This document shows, in pieces, positions 15,476 through 31,219 of a DNA stretch of 64,000 nucleotides. A model generated the notes under the pieces. The model saw nothing but the letters and a program-made list of their open reading frames with translations, was not told where the DNA came from and searched no databases. A program made the translations under genes and the position numbers. The stretch's first letter is position 1. Every line of letters begins with the position of its first letter. The stretch comes from the human T2T-CHM13v2.0 reference genome, Homo sapiens. Location of the stretch: the NCBI RefSeq assembly GCF_009914755.1, contig NC_060933.1; one strand, 5' to 3'.

Positions 15476-15519
15476 TAAAAAATTATGTCATGCAGTTTCC
15501 CATACTTTAAAAAAATTTT

Positions 15520-15790
15520 AAAGCCACTTTATTGAGATATAATTTGCATGCCATATATTTTATCCATTTAACATATACAATTCAGTGGTTTGCAGTGTAT
15601 TCACAGAGTTGTATAATCATCATTACTGTCTAATTTTTTTATATTTAATTTTTAATTCTGGAAATGAACACAATGTCAAATTTATATTAACCGTTTTTTA
15701 AGAGTAAAGTTCAACTGTTAACTATTCACATTATTATACAACTCTAGGACAATCTCTAATCTCTAAAAGAATCTAGAACAATTTCTAGAA
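15520..15790 (-). mobile_element. L1M 3'-end fragments
   Basis: TTTATTGAGATATAATT...ATTCACAGAGTTGT. Confidence 0.65.
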
Positions 15791-15890
15791 CTTAAAATAC
15801 TTTTAAGTTTGAATAAAGATTCAAACCTCTTGCTGTGGAACAAAAGGCCCAGGTGTAGCCTCTGCTATTCTCCCTCTTAGCAGATTGCTC

Positions 15891-16130
15891 ATGAAAAAGA
15901 GTCAAACTCTGTAAAATATTTGAAGGTATTTATTCTGAGCCAAATATGAGTGACCAAGTCCTGAGACACAGTCTTAAGTCCTGAGAACATGTGCCCAGGG
16001 TGGATGGGTTATAGCTTGATTTTATATATTTTAGGGAGACAGAAGTTACAAACAGACATCAATCAAATACATGTAAGGTGTACATCGATTCTGCCGGGAA
16101 AGGCGGTACAACCTGAGGTGGGAGGGGGGC
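15891..16130 (-). mobile_element. ERV1 LTR fragment (MER4 group)
   Basis: AAAAGAGTCAAACTCTGTAAAATATTTGAAG...CTGAGCCAAATATGAGTGACC. Confidence 0.7.
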
Positions 16131-16265
16131 CCAAGTGTGTATCCAGCTGCCTGGAAGGCCGTGCCAGGTTACATGGCCAGCACCCTAGCTCAGGCTCTTT
16201 CCACATTCCTTGTCTTCTGTTTAAGCATGCTTTCTACCTCTAGGCCCTTTTTGTTGCATCACTTC

Positions 16266-16988
<723 letters not shown>

Positions 16989-17359
16989 CCTTTCTGCACA
17001 CTATTGACAAGATAATCTTTCTAAATTTTCTCATGGAATGATCATTTGCCTTTTCTGGCTCTTGAAAGTGAGATCCAATGCAACCTCTACTCTGAAGCAT
17101 TTTCTGTGTAGTTAAGCTACAAATGATCTCTTTTTCCTTTAATTTCTTATAACATTTGCTGTTTTTATTTTTTAGTTATCAGGTAACAAATATTTTTGTG
17201 TTGTAGTTACTTTGTATTTATATTCATGCCTTAACTCATTGCACTCTTTGAGGATAGGGTCTGTCATTGCTCTTGCCTCAAGATAGCACAGTGCCTAGCA
17301 TACAATAAGTGCTTAAACATTAAAAAGAAATGCATAGTAGTATTGACTTCTTTTTCTTT

Positions 17360-17780
17360 CTATGTTTAAGTGTATAAATTTTAACATGTGTATAGATTTG
17401 GGTAACCACCACCACAATCAGGATACAGAACACTAAATAACTTCCTGTGCTATCACTCTGGAGTCACACCCTCCCCTTCTCCTCCCCCTTGCCAATCACT
17501 GATCTATTCTTCATTACTGTAGTTCTGTTTTTTCCTAGGATGTCATATAAATTGAATCATACAGTATGTAGTCTTTTGAGGCTGGCTCCTTTTACTCAAC
17601 CATAAGGACTTTGAGATTATCAAAGTTTGTTGCGTGTATCAGTTGTGGCTTCCTTTTTTATTGTTGAGTAATAGTCCATTATATGGATATAACACAGTTC
17701 GTTGCTGGACATTTGGGTTGTTTCCAGCTTTTGGCAATTATAAGAGCTATAAATATTTGTGTACAGGTTTAAGCAAGTGC
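17360..17780 (-). mobile_element. L1M 3' fragment
   Basis: Antisense ORF2 C-terminal remnant (ORF 17620-17826 CYIHIMDYYSTIKK). Confidence 0.8.
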
Positions 17781-18597
17781 TTTTTGAATGAACAGGTGAA
17801 TAAATGATCAGTATAATTTCAACCATGTGGTTTTATGGACTGCTATACATAAGCAAAATTTGTGATAAGCCTCATTGGAGGCACATAGAGAAATGGACAT
17901 ATACATAATATTTATATATATTTTATGGATACACAAAGATTATATATAATGAATAGTTCTAAAATAGACATACAAACAATGTTTTTTTCAGATTTCAAAA
18001 ATGGTGGGGTTACTTCTGGCTAGTTGTGGATGTGGGTAAGGTATCATCAACATTATTTGGATTCTGAAATCAAACAATTACTTCCCAAACTCAGAGGCTT
18101 GACACTACAAACCAAAGAAATGCATGAACCTGCCCAAAGATTTGTTTATTTTGTTATTTATATAGAATTAATTGACTATTTTTAAAATGCTTCCAAGAGG
18201 TCCAAAATGTCTGTTTATATCATTGGCAGAATTACTCCCCGTGATTCAGAAATACAAAACACTTTAAATATAGTTTTTAAAGATGTTGTCATTGTAGACA
18301 TTCTCACAAATTTCAAATACAGCAAGAAATTCTCAAAAATTTCAAATAGAGCAAGACACTCTCAGAACATTCAAAGTAGTACAAAGTATTTTGACTTCCC
18401 CTTCTAGAAAAATGCATCCACTTTTAGGGAGAACTGAGTTTTGGACGTGGAATTAACTACAGACTAACTAAAAAGCATCAGGCAAGTTTTTTTAACCTCT
18501 TGAACCTCTGTTTTCTCATCTCTAAAATTGAGATTACTATTGGCCGCCAAGTAGGACAGTTACAGTTTCAAGAGATCATGTGTAAAATGGTTGTCAT

Positions 18598-18906
<309 letters not shown>

Positions 18907-19504
18907 TTATCACATAATATTCGTTCAATAAACGCTCAATCCCTTCTTCTCCGAGCTTCAACTTGCTTATCTTTGAAATGCGGGAGTAAGAGTAGATGAT
19001 TTCTAAAAATTTTTCTAGTTCCGGATTTATTTTATTTTCATTTTTTGTGATTGAGTGAGTTATGAACAGGTGTGTCTTCCAGGCACACAATTCTCTGAAT
19101 TGGTAAGTAAAATATTGTGTCTCAATCCTCTTTTATACTCCAGTTTGACTTGCATTAGATAATTTAAAATAGAATTTTAATATTTTTTTCTGTTTCAAAT
19201 TACTTTGGAGGCAATAAATTAGGTAGAGTGATCCAGGCTTTCTAATTAAGGAATATACTTGATGACAATGAAGGAATGATGACACTAAATGTCTAACCTT
19301 GAACTCAAAGATTCTCAATGGCTCTATAGAACTTTTTTTTTTTTTCCAGTCTGGTGTCCACCTTTACAATTCTTATGTATGTTCCTAAAGCACAGAGAAA
19401 ATGAAAAAGTCACAGAACTCTAACCAAGGCATCAGACTGATGGTCAGGAGGAAATTTAGAACTGAGGGTTGAGCAATGAATATTGCTGGGATTAATTTCC
19501 ACAA

Positions 19505-19665
19505 AGGGCCTCATTATCTCTCTGAAAGGCTCGTATTTGGTGGTAACAAACGTGCTTATTTTTAAAAGAAGGAAATATTTAGTTGGATTTCAGAAACTAT
19601 AGGCCAATGGGCTTTACGTTAATCATTGTCAAAATTATAGAATGAATGATAAAACAAATAATCCG
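19505..19665 (+). mobile_element. CR1/L3 LINE fragment (pre-RT region)
   Basis: NVLIFK...NYRPMGFTLIIVKIIE* resembles the CR1 ORF2 motif ANVxPIFKKG...NYRPVSLTS.PGKIME. Confidence 0.65.
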
Positions 19666-19767
19666 CTTATAGAAAAGTAGGACATTTTCCTACATAATTA
19701 CAACACATTCAAGACACTCAGGGAATTTAACATTGTTATAATGTTACTTCCCTAATTGTCTTAATAA

Positions 19768-20130
<363 letters not shown>

Positions 20131-20144
20131 TAACACATTCAATT

Positions 20145-20437
20145 CTTGCTTTTTTGTTATTTGAAACAAGGTCTTGATCTGTCACCCAGGCTGGAGGGCA
20201 GTGGCACAATCTCGGCTCACTGCAACCTAGACCTCCCAGGCTGAAGCGATTCTCCCAGCCTCTTGAGCAGCTGGTACTATAGATGTGCACCCCACACCTG
20301 ACTAATTTTTGTATTTTCTGTAGAGACAGGATTTCCGCAGTTGCTCAGGCTGGTCTTGAATTCCTGGGCTCAAGCCATCCTACTGCCTTGGCCTGCCAGA
20401 GTGCTGGGATTACAGGCTTGAGACACCATGCCCGGTC
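20145..20437 (-). mobile_element. Alu (AluJ-like)
   Basis: Antisense dimer. Confidence 0.92.
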
Positions 20438-20607
20438 TTTGTTTATTTTTTATTGTTATTGTTTAAAATTTTATCTTGGCAATAGCATTTTTTAAAAAAA
20501 GTTAAGATCTCTCCCTTCCTCTTAATATAAATAGTATCATATGTTACACTTTTTTGGGGGGATGGGGTGAGATTATTTTGTTTTTGTTATTGCTTAAAAA
20601 TTTAGTC

Positions 20608-20899
20608 CTCACTCAGTGGCTCAGGCCTGTAATCCCAGCACTGTGGGAGGTTAAGGTGAGGATCACTTGAGCTCAGGAGTTAGAGACCAGCCTGGACAAC
20701 ATGGCAAAATCCCATCTCTACTGAAAATACAAAAAATTAGCTGGGCATGGTGGCCCATGTCTGTAGTCCCCAGCTACTCAGGTGGCTGAGGTGGGAGGAT
20801 CACTTGAGCCCAGGAGTTGATGGCTGCAATGAGCCGTTATTGTGCCACTGCACTCCGGCCTGGGTAACAGAATGAGACCCTGTTTAAAAAAAAAAAAAA
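20608..20899 (+). mobile_element. Alu (AluJ-like)
   Basis: Sense dimer with A tail. Confidence 0.92.
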
Positions 20900-22297
20900 T
20901 CTTGGCAGTTATTCTCTGTCTTTATATAAGAGCTTTATCATTTATTTTTAATTGTCAAATGGTATTCCAGTATATGGCTGTACCATAATTTATTTGATTG
21001 GGCTACAACTGATGGATATTTACACTATTTTCAATAGTTTAGGTTTACAAACAGTGCAGTGATAAATTACATCATATGTATTTCATTTTATACAAGAGCA
21101 TGTCTATCTCTAGGATGAATTCCTGAAAAATTGCTAAGCATGCACATATATTTCCATAAATATTGTCACATTACGATGATAGGGTAATTGCCCTACATCA
21201 ACAGTGTATGAGAATGCCTGTTTACCCAAAGCATTACCAACGCAGGACTTATCAAGCATTTTGTGATTTTAGGGCATTATTGATAGGTCCTCTATCTTCT
21301 AAAGATTTTTCTCTCAAGCTCATGGAAATGCCTGACTCCCTTTATTTAGTCTTACCACTCTTAAATCCATTCTTTATAGAGCTGCCCTTAATGATATTAC
21401 CATCTTGCATAAAATCCTGTAATGGCATCTCTGTAGACTGGGAGAAGGACTCCTCAGTGTAGCTTAGTCAGGTTTTTGCTTGTATCTTTAACCTCATCCC
21501 TCACTATCCCCTCAATAATGGCCTCTCCCTCCCCAATTCTGCTCCAACCTTGTTCAACCACTAACAGTTTCCCCCTAATGCCCGATGTTTGTCTCATTGA
21601 CAGCTTTTGCCAACTTGCTGTTCTTTCTTGGAATGCTTTGACCCTTTTTCATCTTACAGCCTTACCCAATCTGTTTTAAATTAAGTGCTCCTGTTGTGTG
21701 CTGCCTAACTTCCCAGGTTTACATTTTTCCCTGGATTTATCAGGGTTGATGTTGGCTGGTCTGCCTTTTCTACTGGACTGTAAATTCTTTAAGCTCTGAA
21801 ATCTTGTCTTGTGCACCAGAGCATTCACAGAGTCTGGACCACAGAGGGCCTTTAAGAAATGTTACTTAAATAAATATAGTTCTCTATTAAAAACCAAATA
21901 TTCTTAAGACAGATATCTGTTCATATTGTTTTGTCAGTGTAATTTATTTTGCTATGGTAAAATATATAAAACATTTAAAAAGGGGCATTAATTACATTAA
22001 CAATGTTGTGCAACCATTACCACTATCTATCTGCAAAACTTTCTCATTACCCAAACAGAAACTCTGTCACCATTAAGCAATAACTTCTGATTCCCCTCTT
22101 CTTCCAGCCCCATGGCAACCTCTAGTCTATTTCTGTCTCTATGAATTTTCCTATTCAAGATATTTTATCTAATTAAAATTATATAATATGTGTCCTTTTA
22201 ACATCTGGCTTATTTCACTTAGCATAATATTTTCAAGGTGCATCCACGTTATAGCATGTATCAAAACTGTATTTCTCTTTATGGATGAATAATATTC

Positions 22298-22298
22298 T

Positions 22299-22329
<31 letters not shown>

Positions 22330-22592
22330 GAGATGGAGTATCCCTCTGTCACCCAGGCTGGGGTGCAGTGGCACGATCTTGGCTCACTGCAACCTCCTCC
22401 GTCTCCCCGGTTCAGGTGATTCTCCTGCCTCAGCCTCCTGAGCAGCTGGGATTACAGGTGCCCACCACCACACCCGGCTAATTTTTTGTATGTTTAGTAG
22501 AGATGGAGTTTCACCATGTTGGCCAGGGTGGTCTTGAACTCCTGACCTCAGGCGATCCACCTTCCTCGGCCTCCCAAAGTGCTGGGATTACA
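22298..22592 (-). mobile_element. Alu (AluS), 5'-truncated by ~22 nt
   Basis: TSD GAAT(A/G)ATATT. Confidence 0.93.
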
Positions 22593-22801
22593 GAATGATA
22601 TTTTACTATATGTGCATTCCACATTTTGTTTCCCTTTTCATCTGTTGGTGGACACATGTTTCCACCTTTTGACAGCATTATTGTGAATAATGCTGCAATG
22701 AATGTTGCTGTACAAGTACCTGGTCAAGTCCCTGTTTTAAATTCTGTTCGGTATATACCTACGAGTGGAATTCCTGGGCCATATGGTAATTCTCCGTTTA
22801 G

Positions 22802-23100
<299 letters not shown>

Positions 23101-24223
23101 TCTGTTTAGCTTTTTAAAGGAACCACCAAATTGTTCCCCACAGCAGCTGCACCATTTTATATTCCTATCAGCAATGTAGGAGGGTTCCAGTTTCTCCACA
23201 TTCTTGCCAACGCTTATTTTCCACTTTTAATTATAGACATCCTAGTAGATGTGAAACACTATTACACTATTACACTGTTTTAATTTGCATTTCTCTAATG
23301 ACTAAAGGTAGTGAATATCTTTTTGGTACTCCTTGGCCATTTCCATATGTCTTTGGAGAAATAGCTATTCAAATGTTTTGCCCATTTAAATTGGGTTGTT
23401 TTTGTTGAGTTTTAGGAGTTTTAACATTATTTTGGATATAACCTTATCAGATATATGACTTGCAAATATTTTCTCCCATTCTGTGGGTTTTCTTTTCACT
23501 TTCTTGATAATGCCCCTTATGTGCAAAAATTTTATATTGATGAAGTCCAATATACCTGTTTTTTGTTTTGTGGCTTGTGTTTTTGGTGTCATATCTAAGA
23601 CTCCATTATTAAATCCAAGGTCAAGATTTACTCCCGTGTTTTCTTCTGAAAGTTTTGTGGTTTTAGTCCTTATATCTAGGTTGTTCCATTTTAAGTTAAC
23701 TTTTGTATATGGTATAATTTGGGGGTCCAACTTCATTCTTTTAGCTGTAGAAATATAGTTGTTACAGGCCATTTGTTGAAAAGCCTGTTCTTTCATTGTT
23801 GAGTGGACTTTATATCATTGTCAAAAACTAATTTGCCATACATATATGGGTTTATTTCTGATCTCTCAATACTATTCCATTGATCTGTATTCTACCCTTA
23901 TGCCAGTACCATACTGTTTTAATCACTGTAGCTTTGTAGTGAGTTTTGAAATTGGAACATGCAAGTCCTTGACTTTGTTCATTTTAATATTATTTTGGCT
24001 ATTTGGGGTTCATTAAAATTTCATATGAATTTGAGGATTGGCTTTTCCATTTTTCCCAAAAAGGCTGTTGAAATTTTTATAGGAATTACATTAATTTGTA
24101 GTTTGCTTAGTTGTATTGATATTTTGATAATTTTAAGCCTTTCTATTCATGAACATGAGGTGTTTTTCCATTTTTCCAAAAGGTAGTTTCTTTTCTTGTG
24201 ATGGCTTTATTTGGCTTTGATAT

Positions 24224-24735
24224 TGTCGGTAGAAGAGCTAAGGCAGGACTGGCTTGTCTGTCATAATATAAAAGAGTCTTGGAAGATGTCCAGGGTCCAG
24301 GGTCTAAAACCCCTGGTGGCCTTTGGAACACCAAGCTCTGTGCCAAAGGGTGGAAGGCTACCCTGCTGCACCACAAAATCTAAGCCCAGGGCATAAAACC
24401 CCTCGTAGCCTCTGGAAAGTGCACAGACTTGTTGGTTGCTCTCCCAGGCTAGTAAACATGTTCTCCGTTACCTGAAGCAGCAGAGCATGTTCTGTATGTG
24501 TTTATATGCGTCACTGCTATTTTTCTACCCCCACGTCTGCACATCCTCACCACCTGCTTTGTTTAATCACCAATAAACAGTGTGGGCTCCCAGAGCTCGG
24601 GGCCTTCGCGCCTCCATACCAGCATTGGCCCCCTGGAACCACCTTATGCACTCTTAACTTGTCTTTTCTCATTCCTTTGACTCTGCCAGATTTTGTAGCC
24701 CCCACGGCCTAGTGTTGGGTCTGATCACCTCAACA
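24224..24735 (+). mobile_element. Solo LTR, LTR3 family (HERV-K HML-6), probably LTR3B
   Basis: 512 bp TG...CA, ends GTGTTGGGTCTGATCACCTCAACA, internal AATAAA at ~24572, TSD GATAT. Confidence 0.8.
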
Positions 24736-27700
24736 GATATCAGATAAGGTAATGGTGATCTCATAAGAAGTTAGGTAGTATTCCTCTCTCTTCTGTTTTT
24801 TAGAAAAATGTCAGAAGGATTGGTGTTAATTCTTTTTAAAATATTTGGTAAATCATCAAGTTTGGTACTTCACCAGTGATGCAATTTGGTCCTGAAATTT
24901 TCTTTATTAGGAGGTTTTCAATTACTAATCTGATCTTTCCTGTTACAGATCTGTTAAGATTTTCTAATTCATCTTGAGTCAGTTTAGGTAATTTGTGTGG
25001 AATTTGTTCATTTCTTGCAGGCTATCCAATTACTATATAATTATTCATAATATTATCCCTTTTATTTCTGTTAAGATAGTAGTATTGTTTCCATTTGTTT
25101 TTCAGATTTTATTTAATAGTTATTTGTGTCTTCTCTCTTTTTCCTTTGTCAGGTCTAGCTAAAATTTTGTCAATTTTGCTGATCTTTTCAAAAAACCAAC
25201 TTTTGATTTTGTTGATTCTCTATTACCTTCTAGTTTCTATGTTATTTTTCTCCACTCTAATCTGTATTATTTCCTTCTTTCTAGTAACTTTGGGCTTAGT
25301 TTGTTCTTCTGCTTCTAGTTCATAAAGGTATAAAATTAAGTTATTGATTTGAGCTATTTTTTTAAATGTAGTTGGTTATAGCTATAAATATTCCTCTGAG
25401 CACTGCCTTTGCTGCATCCCATAAGTTTTTGTATACTGTCTTTCATTTTCATTTGTCTCTCAGTATTTTTAAAATTCCCTTGTGATTTCTTCTTTGATCT
25501 TTTGGTTATTTAAGAATGTGTAATTTAATTTCCATATATTTGTGAATTTTTCCCCTTAGATCCATACTGAATATATTTGTGAATTTAAAAATGTTTTTCT
25601 TTTATTATTTATTTCTAGCTTTATCTCATCTCATCGTTGTGACTGAAAAAGATACACTGTATAATCTCCATCTTTTAAAATTTATAGAAATTTGTTTTGT
25701 GGCATAACATATGCTCTATCCTGGAGTATGTTCCTTGTGCACTTGAGAATAATGTATATTCTGCTGTTGTTGGATGAAGTGTTGTATATAAGTCTGTTAT
25801 ATCTTGTTAGTTTATGTTGTTCAAGTTCTCTTTCTCCTTATTCATTTTCTGTCTAGATGCTCTATCCATTATTGAAAATGTATTGAAGTCTCCAACTATT
25901 ATTGTTGAACTGCCTATTTCTCCCTTTAATTCTGTCAATATTTCTGTTGTCTGTTGTATATATGCTTATAACTGTTATATCTTCTTGATAAACTCTTTTT
26001 CATATAATGCCCTTCTTTGTGTCTTTTAATCAATTTTGATTTAAAGTCTATTTTGTCTAATTTTAGTATTGGTACCCCAGCTTTCTTTTGGTTACTATTT
26101 ACATAGAATATTTTTTTCCATCCTTTTAATTTCAATCTTTGGATATTCTTGTAACAGGATGTAATTGGATCATGTTTTCTCGTCTGTTCTGCCTATCTCT
26201 GCCTTTTGATTGGAAAGTTTAGCCTATTTATATTTAAAATAATTGCTGGTAAGAAAGGACTTACTTTTGTCAGTTTGTCTTCTGTACATCTTATGCCTTT
26301 TTTGTCTTTCATTTTTTCCATTACTGCCTTCTTTTGTGATTAATTGATTTTTTTTTTTTTTGCAGATTATTTTTATTCCCTTCTCAGTTCCTTTTGTATA
26401 TATATTTAAGATTTTTTTGTGGTTATTACAGGAACTACATTTAACATCCTAAAATTAAAAAACCAAAGCAAATAACTAAATTTATAACAATCTAATTAGA
26501 TTGGATATCAACTTAACTCTAATAGCACACAACACTTGATTCCTATACAGCTCTGTCATCCCTCTCCTTATGCTTCTAGACACATAAAGATGTTATGACA
26601 AATTATACCTTGATGTGTCTAGAAGCATAGATTTATTATATTTTAATGCATTTTTCTTTCAAATTCTGTAGGAAATAAGTAGAGTTATAAACAAAAAATA
26701 CAATAATAATCGCTTTAATATTTGCTCATGTATTTACCTTTACCAGAGGTCTTTATTTTTCTTGTATATGGCTTTGAGTTACTGTTTAGTGTTCTTTTGT
26801 TTCAATATGAAGGACTTCTTTAAATATTTTTGTAAGACAGGTCTAGTGGTAGCAAGCTGCCTCATCACTTGTTTATCTAAGAATGTGTTATTTTTATCCA
26901 TCATTTTTGAAAAATTATTTGTTGGTTATAGAACTCTTAGTTGACAGTTATTTCCTTCATCACTTCACATATGTTATCCCACTGTCTTCTAGCCCAAACA
27001 GTTTTTGATAGTTTTTGAAATCAGCTGCTAATTTTGAGTCTCCCTTTTACGTGATGTGCTGCTTCTCTCTTGCTGCTTTTAAGATTATCTCTTTGTCTTT
27101 TGACCGTTTGATCATGATGTGTCTTGGTGTGGATCTCAGAGCTCATCTTACTTGGAGTTGGTTAAGCTTATTGGATTTGTAGATTCATGTGTTTCATCAA
27201 ATTTGGGAAGTTTCAGCCATTATTTGAACAATAATATTGTTCAAATATTATTTTGCCCCTTTCTCTAGCTCCTCCTTTTCAAACTCTTCTGTTGTATATA
27301 TTAGTCTTCTTGATGGTATCCCACAGGTCCCTTAGACTCTGTTCACTTTTTTTTTTCTTTTACTCAGACTCAGTATTTTCAATTGTCCTATTTTCAAATT
27401 TGGCCATTCTTTTTTCTGCCTACTCAAATCTGCTTTTGAACCTCTCTAGTGAATTTTAAAATTTTTTGTTCTTGTACTTTTCAGTCCAAATATTCTGTTT
27501 GGTTCCTTTATATAATTTCTACCTATTCATTGATATTCTTATTTTGCCCATATATTATTATCCTGATTTTCTTTTGTTCTGTATCTGTGTTTTCTCTTTG
27601 CTCTGTAAGCATACTTAAGACAGTTGTTTTAAAGTTTTTGTCAAGTAAGTCTGAGGTATGGGCTCCCACAGGTACAGTTTCTTTCAGTTTATTTTGTTCC

Positions 27701-29085
27701 TTTGAATGGGCTACAATTTCCTGTTTCCTGTATGCCTTGTGATTTTTTTTATTGTTGAAGGTTATAGTAGTCTGTTTGTTTAGTATTTTTTCCAAACTAT
27801 TATTGAAAAGACTATATTTTTTATCATGTGAGGTCATAGAAGTCTTTGTTCCTTAGCTTATATTCAGCTAGTGTTCTGACTGAGATTTCCGTGAGTGCCA
27901 GGAACTAAAAACAAAACAAAACAAAGGGAGAGAAAGGGAAAACCACCTCTACTAATCTTTCCAGACTGCCTCTGTATATGTGCATGTGTGCCCTTCCTTC
28001 AACAGTTAGCCATCCTCACACTGAGTCTACAGATCAACTCAAGGTGAAAGTGTAGGGTCATCTTAGGTCTTTCTTCTGTATGTGTTTTGTCCTGGGTGTG
28101 TACATGGCTTTCTAAATTCCCAGTATACATGACTACTTTTGAATGTCCTGATTTCCTAAAGAAATTTTCCTCAGCCTTTGCCTTGGGCAACTTATTTTAT
28201 GTTTTGACTATAATCTTTTGTCCCAGGCACCTGAAAGTTGTTAGTTGGGCTTGTAGTATTTGAGAGCATTGCTTTTTTGGCCTGATTTCTGAGGTAGAAA
28301 AAGAGATGTTTGCTTTCCATCACTCCTTCAGGTAGTCCCCAGACAGGTTAGAACAGACATACATGATTTGTGGATAATATCTGCTCTGCTCCACTCCCTC
28401 TTGAATCAGAGGAAAGCGTCCTACACTAAGAATGCAGGCAGCCCCTGCTTCAAGACCAAATCTGCTATAAAATCACCACAAACTTTCCTAACATTTTGTT
28501 GTGCTTTTTTTAATTCAGTTTTTGTTTGCTAGAGTTCTGAAAAAGTTGATTCTGATAGTTTATTCTTGTTTTTTAGAGTTTCTGTGGGAAATGAGAACTG
28601 CAGCTGCCAACTTCACCATTTTGCTGATGTCACTAAGTGCAAGTTTGACTTTTCAATTAGACCATCTATGCCTAAAGAGTAAGAGCTGTGGTTAATCTTC
28701 ATAGTTGTGTTTTTCTCAGCATTTAGTGTACAACTTTATATAAAATTGAATTCAATGTATATTCAACTTGAACAGTGCTGTATTCATCATTTACTGTACA
28801 TTCTAGTGTTAAGTCATATATACATTCATTCATTCAACAATATTTATTGACCTCTTGTATTCAAGGCATGCCCTAGCTGAGTTATAAGGGTGAATCATAG
28901 AGGTAAGATTTCATTCCTAAAGGAGTGAATATCTAAAGAAGGGAAGACAACAATAAATAACATTAACAAAGCAACAGGTTGGTTTGTGTTTCCTTGGAAA
29001 GATGGCTCTTTTGGTGCTGACTTCTTAGATAACAGAAGCTTCAGACTAGGCTCTGGGGAAGGATCTGAAAGCAATCCCTCTTCCT

Positions 29086-29213
29086 GGACTTGGTGGTTTG
29101 TGCTTGTAGTCCCAGTGACTCAGGAGGCTGAGGCAGAAGGATCACTTGAGCCCAGTAGTTTTGAGTCCAGTCTTGGCAACATAACAGGACACTGTCTCAA
29201 AAAAAAAAAAAAA
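29086..29213 (+). mobile_element. Free Alu monomer (FLAM/FAM-like)
   Basis: Single arm plus A tail; TSD AAAG(C/T)AA(T/C)CCCTCT. Confidence 0.85.
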
Positions 29214-30032
29214 GTAACCCCTCTCCTCTTTCTGACTTCTTCCTGTACCCTTTGGGTTTGGAGAAGAAACTGTGGACATTCAAGGAAGTGCTGAAGAGGG
29301 GACAGCTCCTAGTTCTCCAACTCTTTTGTTATTTGTTTGAAAATTCTGAAATCTAACTCTTGGCTCAACTCCCTTGTTTAGCTTTGGCTTTGAGGCGCCT
29401 GAAATTTATCCCCCAACTTCCCCTGCAACCTCTACTCTCTAAATTGAGGATTGCTTAATTCCTTATTTAATATTTCAAATGTGGATTGTTGTATCTTGAA
29501 AAATATTCTCTGGAGGCATAACATTTAATTAAGTTTCGTCAGGGTAATGGCAAGGAAATTAAATTACATATTGTTTTTGTCAGAGTAGTCAACTAGAGTG
29601 CCACTTGCATGTCAAGCCTTTTTCTCAACAAAGGTTTTAAGAATATTTATATGCTTGGAGAAGATTTTTGTTTTTGAGTTGATTGCCTTTCATATTCATA
29701 TTATTCTACCACAGTCTACAAATAAAGGACAAAACAAAACATCAGAAAGCAAAATTGCCTTGATGAAAAAAAAATATAGTGCTATTTTAATCTTAACCTT
29801 AAAGTGTTTACCCCTGTGGGTAATGGTATCATCTGAAGGGAATATAAGTGCCACATGCTTACACTAAGTGAGTAAAAGAGTATCTGTGAAGTTATTCAAA
29901 AGGATAGAAGAGATGAAATTTTTTTTTTTTTTTTGGCACACAAACCCCATGAAGGTCAGTTAATAGCAGACAGTTGTGTCATTAAATAATTTTGGATTTA
30001 GTACTATTTTTTAGAAAATTCCTGATTTAAAT

Positions 30033-30816
<784 letters not shown>

Positions 30817-31219
30817 AGATGAACAGTTGAATGAAGTCATAGAATAATTGCATACTTTTGTTGTTCATTTTGGCTAAGTTGCCCTTGCTCAAATGCTGAA
30901 TGAAATGTATGGATAGCATGGCTAGTAGTGTCCTCTATCAGAAAAGCTAATTTATTTATTCATTCAATTCATTCATTTATTCAATCATACAACAAATATT
31001 TATGGAGTGCCTAGTGTATGGCAGATATTGGTGGTGAATAAAGCTGACATGTTTTTTCTATGTTTAACTGAGGTCTAGTTTAGGAGATAAACAATAAATA
31101 GGTAAAGAATATGAATTATGATATGTGGTATGCAGAAAGGAACCAGGGGCTCTGTTAGGGAATAACAGGATTTCTTCAGTTGAGATTGTCATTTGAGAAA
31201 AGGGAATGAAAATGAAACT

